Origin: an uncultured Pelagibacteraceae bacterium
GTDB lineage: Bacteria; Pseudomonadota; Alphaproteobacteria; Pelagibacterales; Pelagibacteraceae
Assembly: GCA_902599805.1 (NCBI GenBank)
Contig: CACKGP010000002.1
Location: 15,570-79,569, forward strand
Direction of reading: 5' to 3'
Length of the DNA: 64,000 nucleotides
Below the pieces are notes generated by a model. That model did no database searches. It worked only from the letters and a program-made list of their open reading frames with translations, and had not been told where the DNA came from. Position 1 is the first letter of the stretch, and each line of letters starts with the position of its first letter. Both the position numbers and the translations under genes were made by a program. Positions 36,054-46,174 of the stretch are shown piece by piece.

Positions 36054-38732
36054 ATGGAATTTAAAAGTAAAAATTCATTTCAATCATTAGATACGCTTAC
36101 AGTTTCAGGCAAGAAATATAATTTTTTTAATCTTGTAAAAGCTGAAAAGAATGGTTTGAAAAATATAAAAAAACTTCCAAAATCAATCAAAGTGCTTCTC
36201 GAAAACTTATTAAGGTTCGAGGATGACCTAACTGTAAATAAAAAACAAATTAAAGCTATTGCAGACTGGTTAAATACCAAAAGCTCAAAACAAGAAATAG
36301 CCTATCGGCCAGCAAGAATTTTGTTACAAGATTATACTGGAATACCAGCTGTTGCAGACTTAGCTGCAATGCGGGATGCTGTAAAATCAAAAAATAAAGA
36401 TCCAAACAAAATAAACCCTCTATCAACTGTAGACCTAGTTATTGATCATTCAGTTATGGTCGATAATTATGCAAAAAAAGATTCTTTCTCAAAAAATGTA
36501 CAAAGGGAATTTGATAGAAATGGTGAAAGATATTCTTTCTTAAAATGGGGGCAAAGTGCGTTTAATAATTTCAGAGTTGTGCCACCAGGAACAGGTATTT
36601 GCCATCAAGTTAATTTGGAATATTTATCTAAAGTTGTTTGGTCTTCAGAGGCTAACGGCCAGTTATTTGCTTATCCTGATACTTTAGTTGGAACAGACAG
36701 CCATACTACGATGGTAAATGGTTTATCAGTTCTTGGCTGGGGAGTTGGGGGTATTGAAGCAGAAGCAGCTATGTTAGGTCAACCAATTTCAATGTTAATA
36801 CCTGAAGTAATTGGTTTTGAAATTAATGGGAAACTAACTGAGGGAACAACAGCAAGCGATTTAGTTTTAACGATAGTTCAGATGTTAAGAAAAAAGGGTG
36901 TTGTTGGAAAATTTGTAGAATTTTTTGGTGATGGGTTAAAAAACTTATCATTAGCTGACAGAGCAACAATTGCTAATATGGCTCCTGAGTATGGAGCTAC
37001 TTGTGGATTTTTTCCTATAGATGATGAAACAATAAAGTATTTAAAATTTTCTGGAAGAGATGAAAACACAATTGCCCTTGTTGAAAAATATTCTAAAGAA
37101 CAAGGACTATGGTCAAACCAAAATGATCAAATAGAATTTACTGATACAATCTCATTAGATTTAAATTCTGTAGTTCCAAGTATTTCTGGACCAAAGAGAC
37201 CACAAGATAAAGTTTTATTAACAAATGCTGCAAAAGATTTTGATAAAGCATTTAAGGAAAATACAAAAAGAAAGGTTCCTTTAGAAGCTAAAGTTAACAA
37301 TAAAGAATTTAAAATTAAAGATGGTGATATTGTTATTGGCGCGATTACCTCTTGCACAAATACATCAAACCCAAGTGTTATGATTGGTGCTGGACTAGTA
37401 GCAAAAAAGGCTGTTGAAAAAGGTTTAAAGGTAAAACCTTGGGTAAAAACATCATTGGCACCAGGGTCTCAAGTCGTAACAGACTATTTAGAAAAAGCTG
37501 GATTAAATAAGTATTTAGATCAATTAGGTTTTAATCTAGTTGGTTATGGTTGTACTACTTGTATTGGAAACTCTGGGCCTTTAGATAAAGAAATTTCTGA
37601 GACAATACACAAAGAAAATCTTTATGCAGTTTCTGTACTATCTGGTAATAGAAACTTCGAAGGTAGAATTAATCCAGATGTTAAAGCAAATTATTTAGCA
37701 TCACCACCTCTGGTAGTTGCTTATGCTTTAGCAGGTAATATGCATCATGACCTTTATAAAAATCCATTAGGTAAAGATCAAAATGGGAAAGATGTGTTTT
37801 TAAAAGATATTTGGCCTTCAAATAAAGAAATTGAAGAGTTGATGCTAAAATCTATTAATGCCGATATGTTTGTTAAAAGATACTCGAACGTTTCTGAAGG
37901 ACCAAAAGAATGGAGTTCTATTAAAACAGACCAAAGTAGCATTTATAATTGGGAGGAAAGCTCCACTTATGTAAAAAGACCACCTTTTTTTGATAACTTA
38001 CCTGACAAGCCAGAAGGATTTAAGAAAATCAATGATGCAAGACCACTTTTAATATTAGGTGATACTGTAACAACCGACCATATTTCCCCAGCTGGATCTA
38101 TTAAAAAAGATAGCCCAACTGGCGATTACTTTATGAAACATCAGGTTCAGCAAAAAGATTTTAATTCTTACGGGGCCAGAAGAGGTAATCATGAAGTCAT
38201 GTTGAGAGGAACATTTGGAAATATTAGGATTAGAAATGAAATGGCTCCAGGTACTGAAGGTGGTTTTACAATATTACAACCAGATGGAAAACAAATGAGC
38301 GTATATGAAGCTGCAATGGAATATAAAAAAAGAGGGACAAATTTAGTTGTAGTAGCTGGTAAAGAATACGGAACAGGCTCTTCAAGAGATTGGGCTGCAA
38401 AAGGAACAAAATTATTAGGAATAAAAGCTGTAATCGCTGAGAGTTTCGAGAGGATACATAGATCAAATCTAGTAGGAATGGGAATTTTACCACTTCAATT
38501 TAAAGAGGGTTTCGATAGAAAAAAACTCAACATTAAAGGTACCGAGTTATTTACTATTATTGATATTGAAAAAGGAATAAATCCTGGAGCAGAAGTAAAT
38601 TGTGAAATTAAATATGCAGATGGTTCAAGTAAAACTATTAAACTCCTATCAAGAATAGATACAGAAAATGAAATTGAGTATTATAAAAACGGTGGAATTC
38701 TCCAATACGTTTTAAGAAATATGCTTAATTAA
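36054..38732 (+). CDS. acnA: Aconitate hydratase A
   Basis: 892 aa with DSHTTMVNGL, ITSCTNTSNP and CTTCIGNSGPL (Fe-S ligands), and NFEGRINP. Confidence 0.97.
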   Translation: MEFKSKNSFQSLDTLTVSGKKYNFFNLVKAEKNGLKNIKKLPKSIKVLLENLLRFEDDLTVNKKQIKAIADWLNTKSSKQEIAYRPARILLQDYTGIPAVADLAAMRDAVKSKNKDPNKINPLSTVDLVIDHSVMVDNYAKKDSFSKNVQREFDRNGERYSFLKWGQSAFNNFRVVPPGTGICHQVNLEYLSKVVWSSEANGQLFAYPDTLVGTDSHTTMVNGLSVLGWGVGGIEAEAAMLGQPISMLIPEVIGFEINGKLTEGTTASDLVLTIVQMLRKKGVVGKFVEFFGDGLKNLSLADRATIANMAPEYGATCGFFPIDDETIKYLKFSGRDENTIALVEKYSKEQGLWSNQNDQIEFTDTISLDLNSVVPSISGPKRPQDKVLLTNAAKDFDKAFKENTKRKVPLEAKVNNKEFKIKDGDIVIGAITSCTNTSNPSVMIGAGLVAKKAVEKGLKVKPWVKTSLAPGSQVVTDYLEKAGLNKYLDQLGFNLVGYGCTTCIGNSGPLDKEISETIHKENLYAVSVLSGNRNFEGRINPDVKANYLASPPLVVAYALAGNMHHDLYKNPLGKDQNGKDVFLKDIWPSNKEIEELMLKSINADMFVKRYSNVSEGPKEWSSIKTDQSSIYNWEESSTYVKRPPFFDNLPDKPEGFKKINDARPLLILGDTVTTDHISPAGSIKKDSPTGDYFMKHQVQQKDFNSYGARRGNHEVMLRGTFGNIRIRNEMAPGTEGGFTILQPDGKQMSVYEAAMEYKKRGTNLVVVAGKEYGTGSSRDWAAKGTKLLGIKAVIAESFERIHRSNLVGMGILPLQFKEGFDRKKLNIKGTELFTIIDIEKGINPGAEVNCEIKYADGSSKTIKLLSRIDTENEIEYYKNGGILQYVLRNMLN

Positions 38733-38735
38733 AAA

Positions 38736-39398
38736 ATGAATAATACAAAGGCTATTGTATTTGATGCTTACGGTACATTATTCGATGTGAACTCAGCAGC
38801 TGAAAAGTGTAAAGATAAAATTGGAGACAAATGGGAAACTTTTGCCAATTATTGGAGAACAACCCAGCTTGAATATACTTGGTTAAGAAGTTTAATGAAA
38901 AGACACAAAGATTTCTGGCAGATTACAGAAGACTCTTTAGATAAGTCGATGCTCACTTTTAAAATAGATAAATCAATGAGAAATGAGTTATTAAATCTTT
39001 ATAAAGAACTCTCTACTTTTCCAGAAGTAAAGAGCGTTCTTGAAGAATTAAAAAAAAAATCGATAAAACTTGCTATTCTATCGAATGGAACACCAAGCCT
39101 ATTAAGTAATTTAGTTAAAAATAGCAATCTAGAAAATTTATTTGATGATGTTTTCTCAATCGAAGAAGTTAAGATATACAAGCCTGATCCAAAAGTTTAC
39201 GATATCCCGATTAATAAATATAAGGTGAAAAAAGAAGAAATTACTTTTTTGAGCGCAAATACCTGGGATGTTTCTGGCGGTGGAAATTATGGTTATAATG
39301 CAATTTGGGTTAATCGAACAAATAATGTATTCGACAAACTTGATTATAAACCAAAAAATGAGGTAAAAAACTTAAAAGAATTATTGGATTTAAAATGA
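38736..39398 (+). CDS. Haloacid dehalogenase type II (HAD superfamily)
   Basis: 220 aa with [12 protein letters not shown] (nucleophile Asp motif), LSNGTP and YKPDPKVY. Confidence 0.88.
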   Translation: MNNTKAIVFDAYGTLFDVNSAAEKCKDKIGDKWETFANYWRTTQLEYTWLRSLMKRHKDFWQITEDSLDKSMLTFKIDKSMRNELLNLYKELSTFPEVKSVLEELKKKSIKLAILSNGTPSLLSNLVKNSNLENLFDDVFSIEEVKIYKPDPKVYDIPINKYKVKKEEITFLSANTWDVSGGGNYGYNAIWVNRTNNVFDKLDYKPKNEVKNLKELLDLK

Positions 39399-40897
39399 GA
39401 AACATAAAAGTAAGAGTATACCCTTCAGCATCAAAACTAAAAAAAAAACAACAGTTAGCATGGAAAATTGCTGAGATTGCATCAGATAAAGCCAAATTGA
39501 ATGAGGATGCTATTGATATGGTCATAAATAGAATAATTGATAACGCATCAGTTGCTATTGCTTCCTTCAATAGAAAACCAGTTATATCTGCAAGAGAAAT
39601 GGCTTTAGCTCATCCAAGAAAAAATGGAGCCACATTATTTGGTGTAAGTCCAAAGAAAAAATTTGATTGTGAATGGGCAGCCTGGGCAAATGGAACTGCA
39701 GTGAGAGAATTAGATTTTCACGATACATTCTTAGCAGCTGATTACAGTCATCCAGGGGATAATATCCCTCCAATTCTAGCAGTAGCCCAACAAAAAAAAT
39801 TATCAGGTAAAGATTTGATTAGAGGAATTTTAACAGGTTATGAAGTTCAAGTTAATCTTGTTAAAGGAATATGCTTACATGAACATAAAATAGATCACAT
39901 CGCACATTTAGGTCCAAGTGTAGCTGCAGGTTTGGGGTCTTTATTAAAATTAAATACTGAAACAATTTACCAATCCGTACAACAAGCGCTTCACACAACA
40001 GTATCAACTAGACAATCAAGAAAAGGAGAAATTTCCAGCTGGAAAGCTTTTGCACCTGCTCATGCTGGAAAAATAGCAATAGAAGCAGTCGACAGATGCA
40101 TGAGAGGAGAGGGAGCCCCTAGCCCAATTTACGAAGGTGAAGATAGTGTAATCGCTTATGTTCTTTCAGGACCTAAGGCCAGATATTCAGTCCCACTTCC
40201 AAATATAAATGAAGAAAAAAAAGCTATTTTAGAAACTTATACAAAAGAACACTCAGCAGAATATCAATCACAAGCACTTATTGATTTAGCAAGAAGGATG
40301 AATGAAAGTATAGACAATATCTCAAAAATTAAATCTGTAGAAATTCATACAAGTCATCACACTCACTATGTGATCGGAACTGGAGCTAAGGATCCACAAA
40401 AAATGGACCCAAATGCGAGCAGAGAAACTTTAGATCACTCTATAATGTATATTTTTGCTGTAGCGTTAGAAGATGGTAAGTGGCACCATGTAAATTCTTA
40501 TACACCCAAAAGGGCTAAAAAAAAAAGCACAGTTCAATTATGGAGAAAAATAAAAACTTTTGAAGATAAAAAATGGACAAAGAAATATCACGATCCCGAC
40601 CCAAATAAAAAATGTTTCGGGGGTAGGGTTGTAATTAGAATGAAAGATGGTTCAAAGGTAGAGGATGAAATATCCGTAGCAGATGCGCATCCTGCTGGTA
40701 ACAGGCCTTTTGAAAGAGAAAATTACATCGAAAAGTTTCAGACACTTACAAATGGAATTATTTCACCTAAAGAGTCAAATAGATTTATTAAGGTTGTTCA
40801 AGATCTTAGAAAACTCAAATCGGGCGAACTTCATAAACTTAATGTTGAAGTTAAGGCAAAATCATTGAGAACCAGAAGCAATAAAGTGATTTTCTAA
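39395..40897 (+). CDS. prpD: MmgE/PrpD-family dehydratase (2-methylcitrate dehydratase-like)
   Basis: 500 aa, PrpD-like throughout ([43 protein letters not shown]). 4-nt overlap with the HAD gene. Confidence 0.85.
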   Translation: MRNIKVRVYPSASKLKKKQQLAWKIAEIASDKAKLNEDAIDMVINRIIDNASVAIASFNRKPVISAREMALAHPRKNGATLFGVSPKKKFDCEWAAWANGTAVRELDFHDTFLAADYSHPGDNIPPILAVAQQKKLSGKDLIRGILTGYEVQVNLVKGICLHEHKIDHIAHLGPSVAAGLGSLLKLNTETIYQSVQQALHTTVSTRQSRKGEISSWKAFAPAHAGKIAIEAVDRCMRGEGAPSPIYEGEDSVIAYVLSGPKARYSVPLPNINEEKKAILETYTKEHSAEYQSQALIDLARRMNESIDNISKIKSVEIHTSHHTHYVIGTGAKDPQKMDPNASRETLDHSIMYIFAVALEDGKWHHVNSYTPKRAKKKSTVQLWRKIKTFEDKKWTKKYHDPDPNKKCFGGRVVIRMKDGSKVEDEISVADAHPAGNRPFERENYIEKFQTLTNGIISPKESNRFIKVVQDLRKLKSGELHKLNVEVKAKSLRTRSNKVIF

Positions 40898-40926
40898 TTG
40901 ACTCTTTAATTATTTCAAAATTTAAT
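40898..40926 (+). promoter_or_regulatory. Candidate sigma-70 promoter for tctCBA
   Basis: TTGACT (40898-40903), 17-nt spacer, TTTAAT (40921-40926), about 27 nt upstream of the tctC ATG. Sequence match only. Confidence 0.3.
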
Positions 40927-40952
40927 AAGGTATTAATAAAAAAGGGGGAAAA

Positions 40953-41930
40953 ATGATAAATATAAGAAAACTTATTAGTTTATTATTTGCGTCTGTTCTC
41001 TTCTTATCTTTTTCAACACAATCATTTGCTATTGATAAACTTCACTTCTTAATTGGTGGTGGAGCTGGCGGTGGTTGGGATGGAACTGCTAGAGGAACAG
41101 GTGAAGCATTAACGAAATCTGGTATGCTCAAAAGTGCATCTTTTGAAAACATGTCAGGTGGTGGTGGAGGTAAAGCTCTATCATTTTTAATTAATACAAA
41201 ACCTGCAGGAACTGTATTAGTTCAATCAACACCATTAGTTTTAAGATCTATCACAAGACACAAAGGTTATGTGAAAGGTAGTGGCGTTCTTTCGTACAAA
41301 GATGTTGTACCAATAGCTGGAGTTATCGGTGATTACGGTGCAATCGCTGTAGCAAAGAACTCACCTTATAAAAATTTCAAAGATGTTGTAGCAGCTTACA
41401 AAGCTAATCCAAAATCTGTGAAAATGGCTGGTGGATCAGTAAGAGGAAGTATGGACCATTTAATTGGAGCACTTGCGTTTCAAGAAGCAGGAGCTGATCC
41501 AAATAAAGTAGTTTATATTCCTTATGATGCTGGAGGAAAAGCTTTAGCAGGATTGTTATCAGGAGAAACTCAAATTCTTTCAACTGGTTTGGGAGAAGTT
41601 ATGGGAGCAAGAGACCAAGTTAGAATAATTGGTATCACTGCACCTAAAAGAGTAAGTGATGCACCTGACGTTCCAACATTAAAAGAACAAGGTTTCGACG
41701 TTCAGTTTGTAAACTGGAGAGGATTTTTTGGCCCTCCTGGTATGAGCAGCGGTGATAAAAAGAAAATCGCTAAAATGCTAGGTGATGTTCAAAAAACTCC
41801 TGAGTGGGAAGCTGTTAGAAAAAGAAATGCTTGGGTTAATATTTATAATCCAGACAAAAAGTTTGTGAAATTTTTACAAACTCAAACTAAAGAGATGACA
41901 GCTCTTATGAAAAAACTTGGAGTAATTTAA
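40953..41930 (+). CDS. tctC: Tripartite tricarboxylate transporter substrate-binding protein
   Basis: 325 aa with a signal peptide and a Bug/TctC-family pattern (GGGAGGGWDGTARG, VNWRGFFGPPGM). GGGGGAAAAATG RBS. Confidence 0.9.
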   Translation: MINIRKLISLLFASVLFLSFSTQSFAIDKLHFLIGGGAGGGWDGTARGTGEALTKSGMLKSASFENMSGGGGGKALSFLINTKPAGTVLVQSTPLVLRSITRHKGYVKGSGVLSYKDVVPIAGVIGDYGAIAVAKNSPYKNFKDVVAAYKANPKSVKMAGGSVRGSMDHLIGALAFQEAGADPNKVVYIPYDAGGKALAGLLSGETQILSTGLGEVMGARDQVRIIGITAPKRVSDAPDVPTLKEQGFDVQFVNWRGFFGPPGMSSGDKKKIAKMLGDVQKTPEWEAVRKRNAWVNIYNPDKKFVKFLQTQTKEMTALMKKLGVI

Positions 41931-41955
41931 TCCGTAAGGATTTAAAGGAGGAGCA

Positions 41956-42426
41956 GTGAAGATAAGTTCAGTTAAAATTATCTCGCTGCTCTTCTTTATT
42001 TTATCGGCTTTTTATCTTTATACCGCTTATCAAATCCAAGTATTTTCATTCGATGAAAATGCACCTTTTAATGCAAAAACATTTCCTATCTATCTTGGAT
42101 ATGCAGGAATGTTTCTTGCTGGATTAAAAATTATTTTACCAGAAAGACTTAAAGAAGAAGTAGATCATAAAGTTTTAGATTATAAAAAGGTAATTTTTTT
42201 AGTCATTATTATGATCTTTTATGGACTGACAATTCTAAGAGTAGGATTTTTTGTATCCACTTCAATTTTTTTACTCTTATCTTATTATTTTCTTGGAGAG
42301 AGAAGATGGAAATTTATGATAATTTTCTCATTCCCATTTGTTGCCATTTTTATGTTTCTGCTTCATGGACTTTTAAATATTTATCTTAGAGACCCATTTT
42401 TAAAATATTTAGGAATTATTGGATGA
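41956..42426 (+). CDS. tctB: Tripartite tricarboxylate transporter small membrane subunit
   Basis: 156 aa with 4 TM segments. GTG start 6 nt after AAGGAGGAG. Lies between tctC and tctA. Confidence 0.8.
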   Translation: MKISSVKIISLLFFILSAFYLYTAYQIQVFSFDENAPFNAKTFPIYLGYAGMFLAGLKIILPERLKEEVDHKVLDYKKVIFLVIIMIFYGLTILRVGFFVSTSIFLLLSYYFLGERRWKFMIIFSFPFVAIFMFLLHGLLNIYLRDPFLKYLGIIG

Positions 42427-43919
42427 TAGAAGGAATTTTAATAGGTTTAAAAACAGCTCTATCATTAAAAAATATATTGATGGTAATGATGGGATGTTTT
42501 TTTGGAACTATAATCGGAATGTTGCCTGGTTTAGGACCAATGACGGCTATCGCTTTAATGATACCAATTACTTATGGGTTTGATCCTGCCACTGGATTAA
42601 TTTTGATGGCTGGAGTTTATTATGGTGCAGTCTTTGGTGGTTCAACCTCTTCGATTTTAATTAATGCTCCAGGTATTCCTGGAACGGTAGCAACATCATT
42701 TGATGGTTACCCAATGGCTCAACAAGGAAAAGCAGGTAAAGCTTTAGCGATTGCAGCTTACAGCTCTTTTGCTGGAGGTACTATTGCAGCAATTTTTTTA
42801 TTATTTGCTGCACCAAGTTTATCAAAAGTAAGTTTATCATTTAGATCTCCAGATTACTTTGCTTTAATGATTCTAGGCCTGACTGCTGTTGCAGCTTTTT
42901 CATCTAAAGGACAATTTTTAAAAGCAATGATGATGGCTGTTCTTGGTTTGATGCTTGCATCAGTAGGACAGGATACATTGTCAGATATACCAAGATTTGT
43001 TTTTAATAATATGAATTTATCTGATGGAATAAGCTTTGTTTTAGTTGTAATGGCAACTTTTGCAATGAGTGAAGCGTTAATGATTATACTACGGGGAACA
43101 GATCCAAGTAGCGCAGCTAAAGCCATTTCACTTAAAGAATTAGGATCAATAAAACTTGATAAAGAAGAAACTAAAAAAACTTTAAAAACTATTCCAAGAT
43201 CTTCAATAATTGGTTTTATTGTTGGTGTATTACCTGGTGCAGGTTCAACCATTGGATCATTCTTAGCTTATGGAATGGAGAGAAATTTTGTAAGCAAGGA
43301 AGAAAAAGAGAAATTTGGTAAAGGAAGCGTTCATGGTTTAGCAGCACCTGAAACAGCAAATAATGCTGCGTGCTCTGGATCATTTGTTCCATTACTTACT
43401 CTAGGTATTCCAGGAAGTGGTACAACCGCTGTTATGCTGGGTGCTTTGTTAGGATTTGGTATTCAACCTGGTCCTAGATTATACATGACAAACCCAGAAA
43501 TTTTTTGGTCTGTGATTATGTCCATGTATATTGGTATGGTTGTTCTTCTAATATTAAATTTACCACTCATACCATATATCGCTAGAATTCTTGCCGTTCC
43601 AAGAACCTTCTTAATCCCGATGATTTTATTTTTTTCAGTCACAGGTATTTATCTAATGTCGTTTAATACATTTGATATATTTTTAATGATAGGTATTGCA
43701 ATTGTTGCTACCGGTCTCCGCTTATATAAATTTCCTATGCCGCCATTAATATTAGCATTTGTTTTGGGCGGCCTTATGGAAGAAAATTTAAGAAGATCCT
43801 TACTGATAAGTGATGGTTCGTTTAGCTTTCTTTGGGAAAGACCAGTAACTGCAGTTATTATAGTTTTTACTATCCTAATAGTTTCTTGGCAGGCTTATCA
43901 AAGTCTTAAAACTAAATAA
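42423..43919 (+). CDS. tctA: Tripartite tricarboxylate transporter large membrane subunit
   Basis: 498 aa with GMLPGLGP, INAPGIPGTVAT and GVLPGAGSTIGSF motifs. Confidence 0.93.
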   Translation: MIEGILIGLKTALSLKNILMVMMGCFFGTIIGMLPGLGPMTAIALMIPITYGFDPATGLILMAGVYYGAVFGGSTSSILINAPGIPGTVATSFDGYPMAQQGKAGKALAIAAYSSFAGGTIAAIFLLFAAPSLSKVSLSFRSPDYFALMILGLTAVAAFSSKGQFLKAMMMAVLGLMLASVGQDTLSDIPRFVFNNMNLSDGISFVLVVMATFAMSEALMIILRGTDPSSAAKAISLKELGSIKLDKEETKKTLKTIPRSSIIGFIVGVLPGAGSTIGSFLAYGMERNFVSKEEKEKFGKGSVHGLAAPETANNAACSGSFVPLLTLGIPGSGTTAVMLGALLGFGIQPGPRLYMTNPEIFWSVIMSMYIGMVVLLILNLPLIPYIARILAVPRTFLIPMILFFSVTGIYLMSFNTFDIFLMIGIAIVATGLRLYKFPMPPLILAFVLGGLMEENLRRSLLISDGSFSFLWERPVTAVIIVFTILIVSWQAYQSLKTK

Positions 43920-44550
43920 TTTTTAAAATAAATTCGGGCAAAGTTCCTGGATAAATTTCATTTGTACCACCCAAAATTAATTGAAGTGCTACAAATAATA
44001 TTACTACCAAACCAAGGACACCAACCCATTTATGATTTTTGATATAATTTGCAAAAAAAGTTGCTACAGTTCCAACAAGTAACACTGATAATAATAGACC
44101 AAATATTAATAATCCAGTTTCATTTTTTGCTGCAGCAGCAACACCTAGAACATTGTCAAAACTTAAAGTAACATCCGCAACTACAATTGCATAAACCGCA
44201 GATGCAAACGACGGTGGCTTTTTAGGTTTTGTTGGAGTTTGTTGTTTTGATATTTTTAGAGCGTCAAAAATTTCTAAATCTTTTATTAATTTAACCACAA
44301 TCCAAATTAGTAAAGCACCACCAACTACTTTAAGAATTGGATATTGTAAAAGCTGTACTGTAATTGCAGCAAAAATTACCCTGAAAAGAAAAGCTCCAAA
44401 AACTCCAAGAAGAATAATTCTTTTTCTATCTTTAGCTGCAAATGAGGATGCAATTAAGCCTATTATGATCGCATTATCAGCAGCCATAACAATATCAATA
44501 AAAACTATTTGAAAAAAAATTATAACTTTGGGAAGTAGGATATTTTCCAT
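43912..44550 (-). CDS. TerC/YjbE-family integral membrane protein
   Basis: 212 aa with DIVMAADNAIIIG and TLSFDNVLGVAAAA, the duplicated TerC motif. Confidence 0.85.
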   Translation of the reverse strand: MENILLPKVIIFFQIVFIDIVMAADNAIIIGLIASSFAAKDRKRIILLGVFGAFLFRVIFAAITVQLLQYPILKVVGGALLIWIVVKLIKDLEIFDALKISKQQTPTKPKKPPSFASAVYAIVVADVTLSFDNVLGVAAAAKNETGLLIFGLLLSVLLVGTVATFFANYIKNHKWVGVLGLVVILFVALQLILGGTNEIYPGTLPEFILKII

Positions 44551-44667
44551 TTGAGAGGCTATTTATATTCGTTTATTGGGCTTCTTTAAAGAAATATTTA
44601 CTAAAATATACCTTGCAATTTACTCTATGGGAATGTGAAATAGCCCCAATTAATTATAGGGGGGAAA

Positions 44668-45639
44668 ATGAATATAATTAAAAAAATTAGTATAATACTA
44701 ACCTCTTTACTTATTAGTATAGGTTCTGCTCAAGCTGAGACATGGAATATGGCTCTAGCTTATGGAGCAGGTAACTTCCATTCGCAAAATGCGGCGGAAT
44801 TTGCAAAAGCAGTTACTGATAAGTCAGGCGGTAAACTTACTATTAAAACTCACCCAGGTGGATCATTGTTCAAAGGCGGAGCTATCTTAAGAGCTGTGCA
44901 AACTGGACAAACACAAATAGGTGAAAGATTTATGTCAGCACATGGAAGTTTTGATCCTTTACTAGAAGTAGACTCAATACCTTTCGTTGCTCAAACATAT
45001 TCTGATGCTGAAAAACTTTACAAAGCATCAAAACCAGCGTTGGTTAAAGGACTAGATGAAAAGGGATTAGTTTTCCTTTACGCAGTTCCCTGGCCAGCTC
45101 AAGGACTGTACAGTAAAAAAGCAATAAACTCTGTTAGTGATCTTAAAGGTCTAAAATTTAGAGCTTATAATTCTGCAACAATAAGAATCGCAGAACTTAC
45201 TGGTATGAAACCAACTAAACTTGAAGCTGTTGCTATTAGTCAGGCGTTTTCAACTGGAATGGTAGAAAGCATGATTACATCACCAACAACAGGTAAGAAT
45301 AGTAAAATTTGGGAAAATGGTGTGAAATATTTTTATGATATTGCAGCTTGGTTTCCAAAAAATATGGTTGTTGCAAATAAAAAAGCTTGGAACAAGCTAG
45401 ATGATGCAACAAAGAAAATGGTAATGAGCCAAGCAGCTTTAGCTGAAAGAAAAGGCTGGAACTTATCCAAACAAGGTAACGTTGCAGACAAAAAAGCTTT
45501 AGCAGATGCAGGTATGGTAGTAGGCAAAGTAAACGCTTCTCTACAAAGTCATTTTGAAAAAGTAGGTGCTACTATGGCCAAAGAGTGGTCAAGTAAAGCA
45601 GGTTCAAGAGGACAGGCTGTATTATCAGCATATAAATAA
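44668..45639 (+). CDS. TRAP transporter substrate-binding protein (DctP-type)
   Basis: 323 aa with signal peptide (SIGSAQA/ET). DctP-family pattern (LKFRAYNSAT) and position ahead of DctQ/DctM genes. Confidence 0.88.
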   Translation: MNIIKKISIILTSLLISIGSAQAETWNMALAYGAGNFHSQNAAEFAKAVTDKSGGKLTIKTHPGGSLFKGGAILRAVQTGQTQIGERFMSAHGSFDPLLEVDSIPFVAQTYSDAEKLYKASKPALVKGLDEKGLVFLYAVPWPAQGLYSKKAINSVSDLKGLKFRAYNSATIRIAELTGMKPTKLEAVAISQAFSTGMVESMITSPTTGKNSKIWENGVKYFYDIAAWFPKNMVVANKKAWNKLDDATKKMVMSQAALAERKGWNLSKQGNVADKKALADAGMVVGKVNASLQSHFEKVGATMAKEWSSKAGSRGQAVLSAYK

Positions 45640-45654
45640 ATTTTATTTAGGCAA

Positions 45655-45682
45655 AAAGGCCGTATAATAGGGTACGGCCTTT
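45655..45682 (+). promoter_or_regulatory. 10-bp hairpin between the TRAP binding-protein and small-permease genes, abutting the downstream ATG
   Basis: AAAGGCCGTA-TAATAGGG-TACGGCCTTT, immediately followed by the ATG at 45683. No U-tract and no free Shine-Dalgarno sequence. Confidence 0.55.
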
Positions 45683-46174
45683 ATGCTTCAAAAATTAGAT
45701 AAATTTCTAAATTCTTTTTACAGAGCTTCTGGATATCTTGCGGCAATATTTTTAATACTAATTTTATGTACTATAGTTTTAGGAATTACATCTAGAATTT
45801 TTGGATTCTATATACGTGGTTTGACTGAGTATTCTGGATATAGTTTAGCATCTGCATCATTCTTAGCGCTTGCCTATACGTTTAACGAGAACGCCCACAT
45901 TCGAATTACTTTATTTTTAGAAAAAGCAAAAGGGAAATTATTAAAATTTTTAACGATTTGGTGTTTAGCTGTATCAACTTTTTTTTCAGGTTTTTTAGCT
46001 TTTTACTTTATTAAAATGTGGTTTGTATCAATTCAATTAGCTGAGAGAAGTCAGGGTGCAGACGAAATTTTACTTTGGATACCACAAACTGGAGTTGCAA
46101 TAGGTTCTACAATTTTTTTTATTTGCATAACACATAATTTTATAAAAATATTTACAGCTAAATCATATGACTGA
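45683..46174 (+). CDS. TRAP transporter small permease (DctQ-type)
   Basis: 163 aa with 4 TM segments, between DctP-type and DctM-type genes. Confidence 0.85.
   Translation: MLQKLDKFLNSFYRASGYLAAIFLILILCTIVLGITSRIFGFYIRGLTEYSGYSLASASFLALAYTFNENAHIRITLFLEKAKGKLLKFLTIWCLAVSTFFSGFLAFYFIKMWFVSIQLAERSQGADEILLWIPQTGVAIGSTIFFICITHNFIKIFTAKSYD

Noticed and set aside
42854-43252. 132-aa minus-strand ORF, and similar antisense ORFs at 48890-49207, 49304-49654, 30202-30531, 20747-21061 and 19995-20315
   Set aside because: All are embedded antisense in confidently identified genes (tctA, guaB, ABC ATPase, binding protein, LysE). They have no motifs and no RBS, so they are shadow ORFs.
44551-44667. yybP-ykoY (Mn2+) riboswitch upstream of the TerC-family gene
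   Set aside because: TerC-family genes often carry this riboswitch, but the minus-strand leader lacks the conserved GGGGAGUAG-type cores and four-way-junction complementarity. It is only an AT-rich spacer shared with the divergent TRAP gene.
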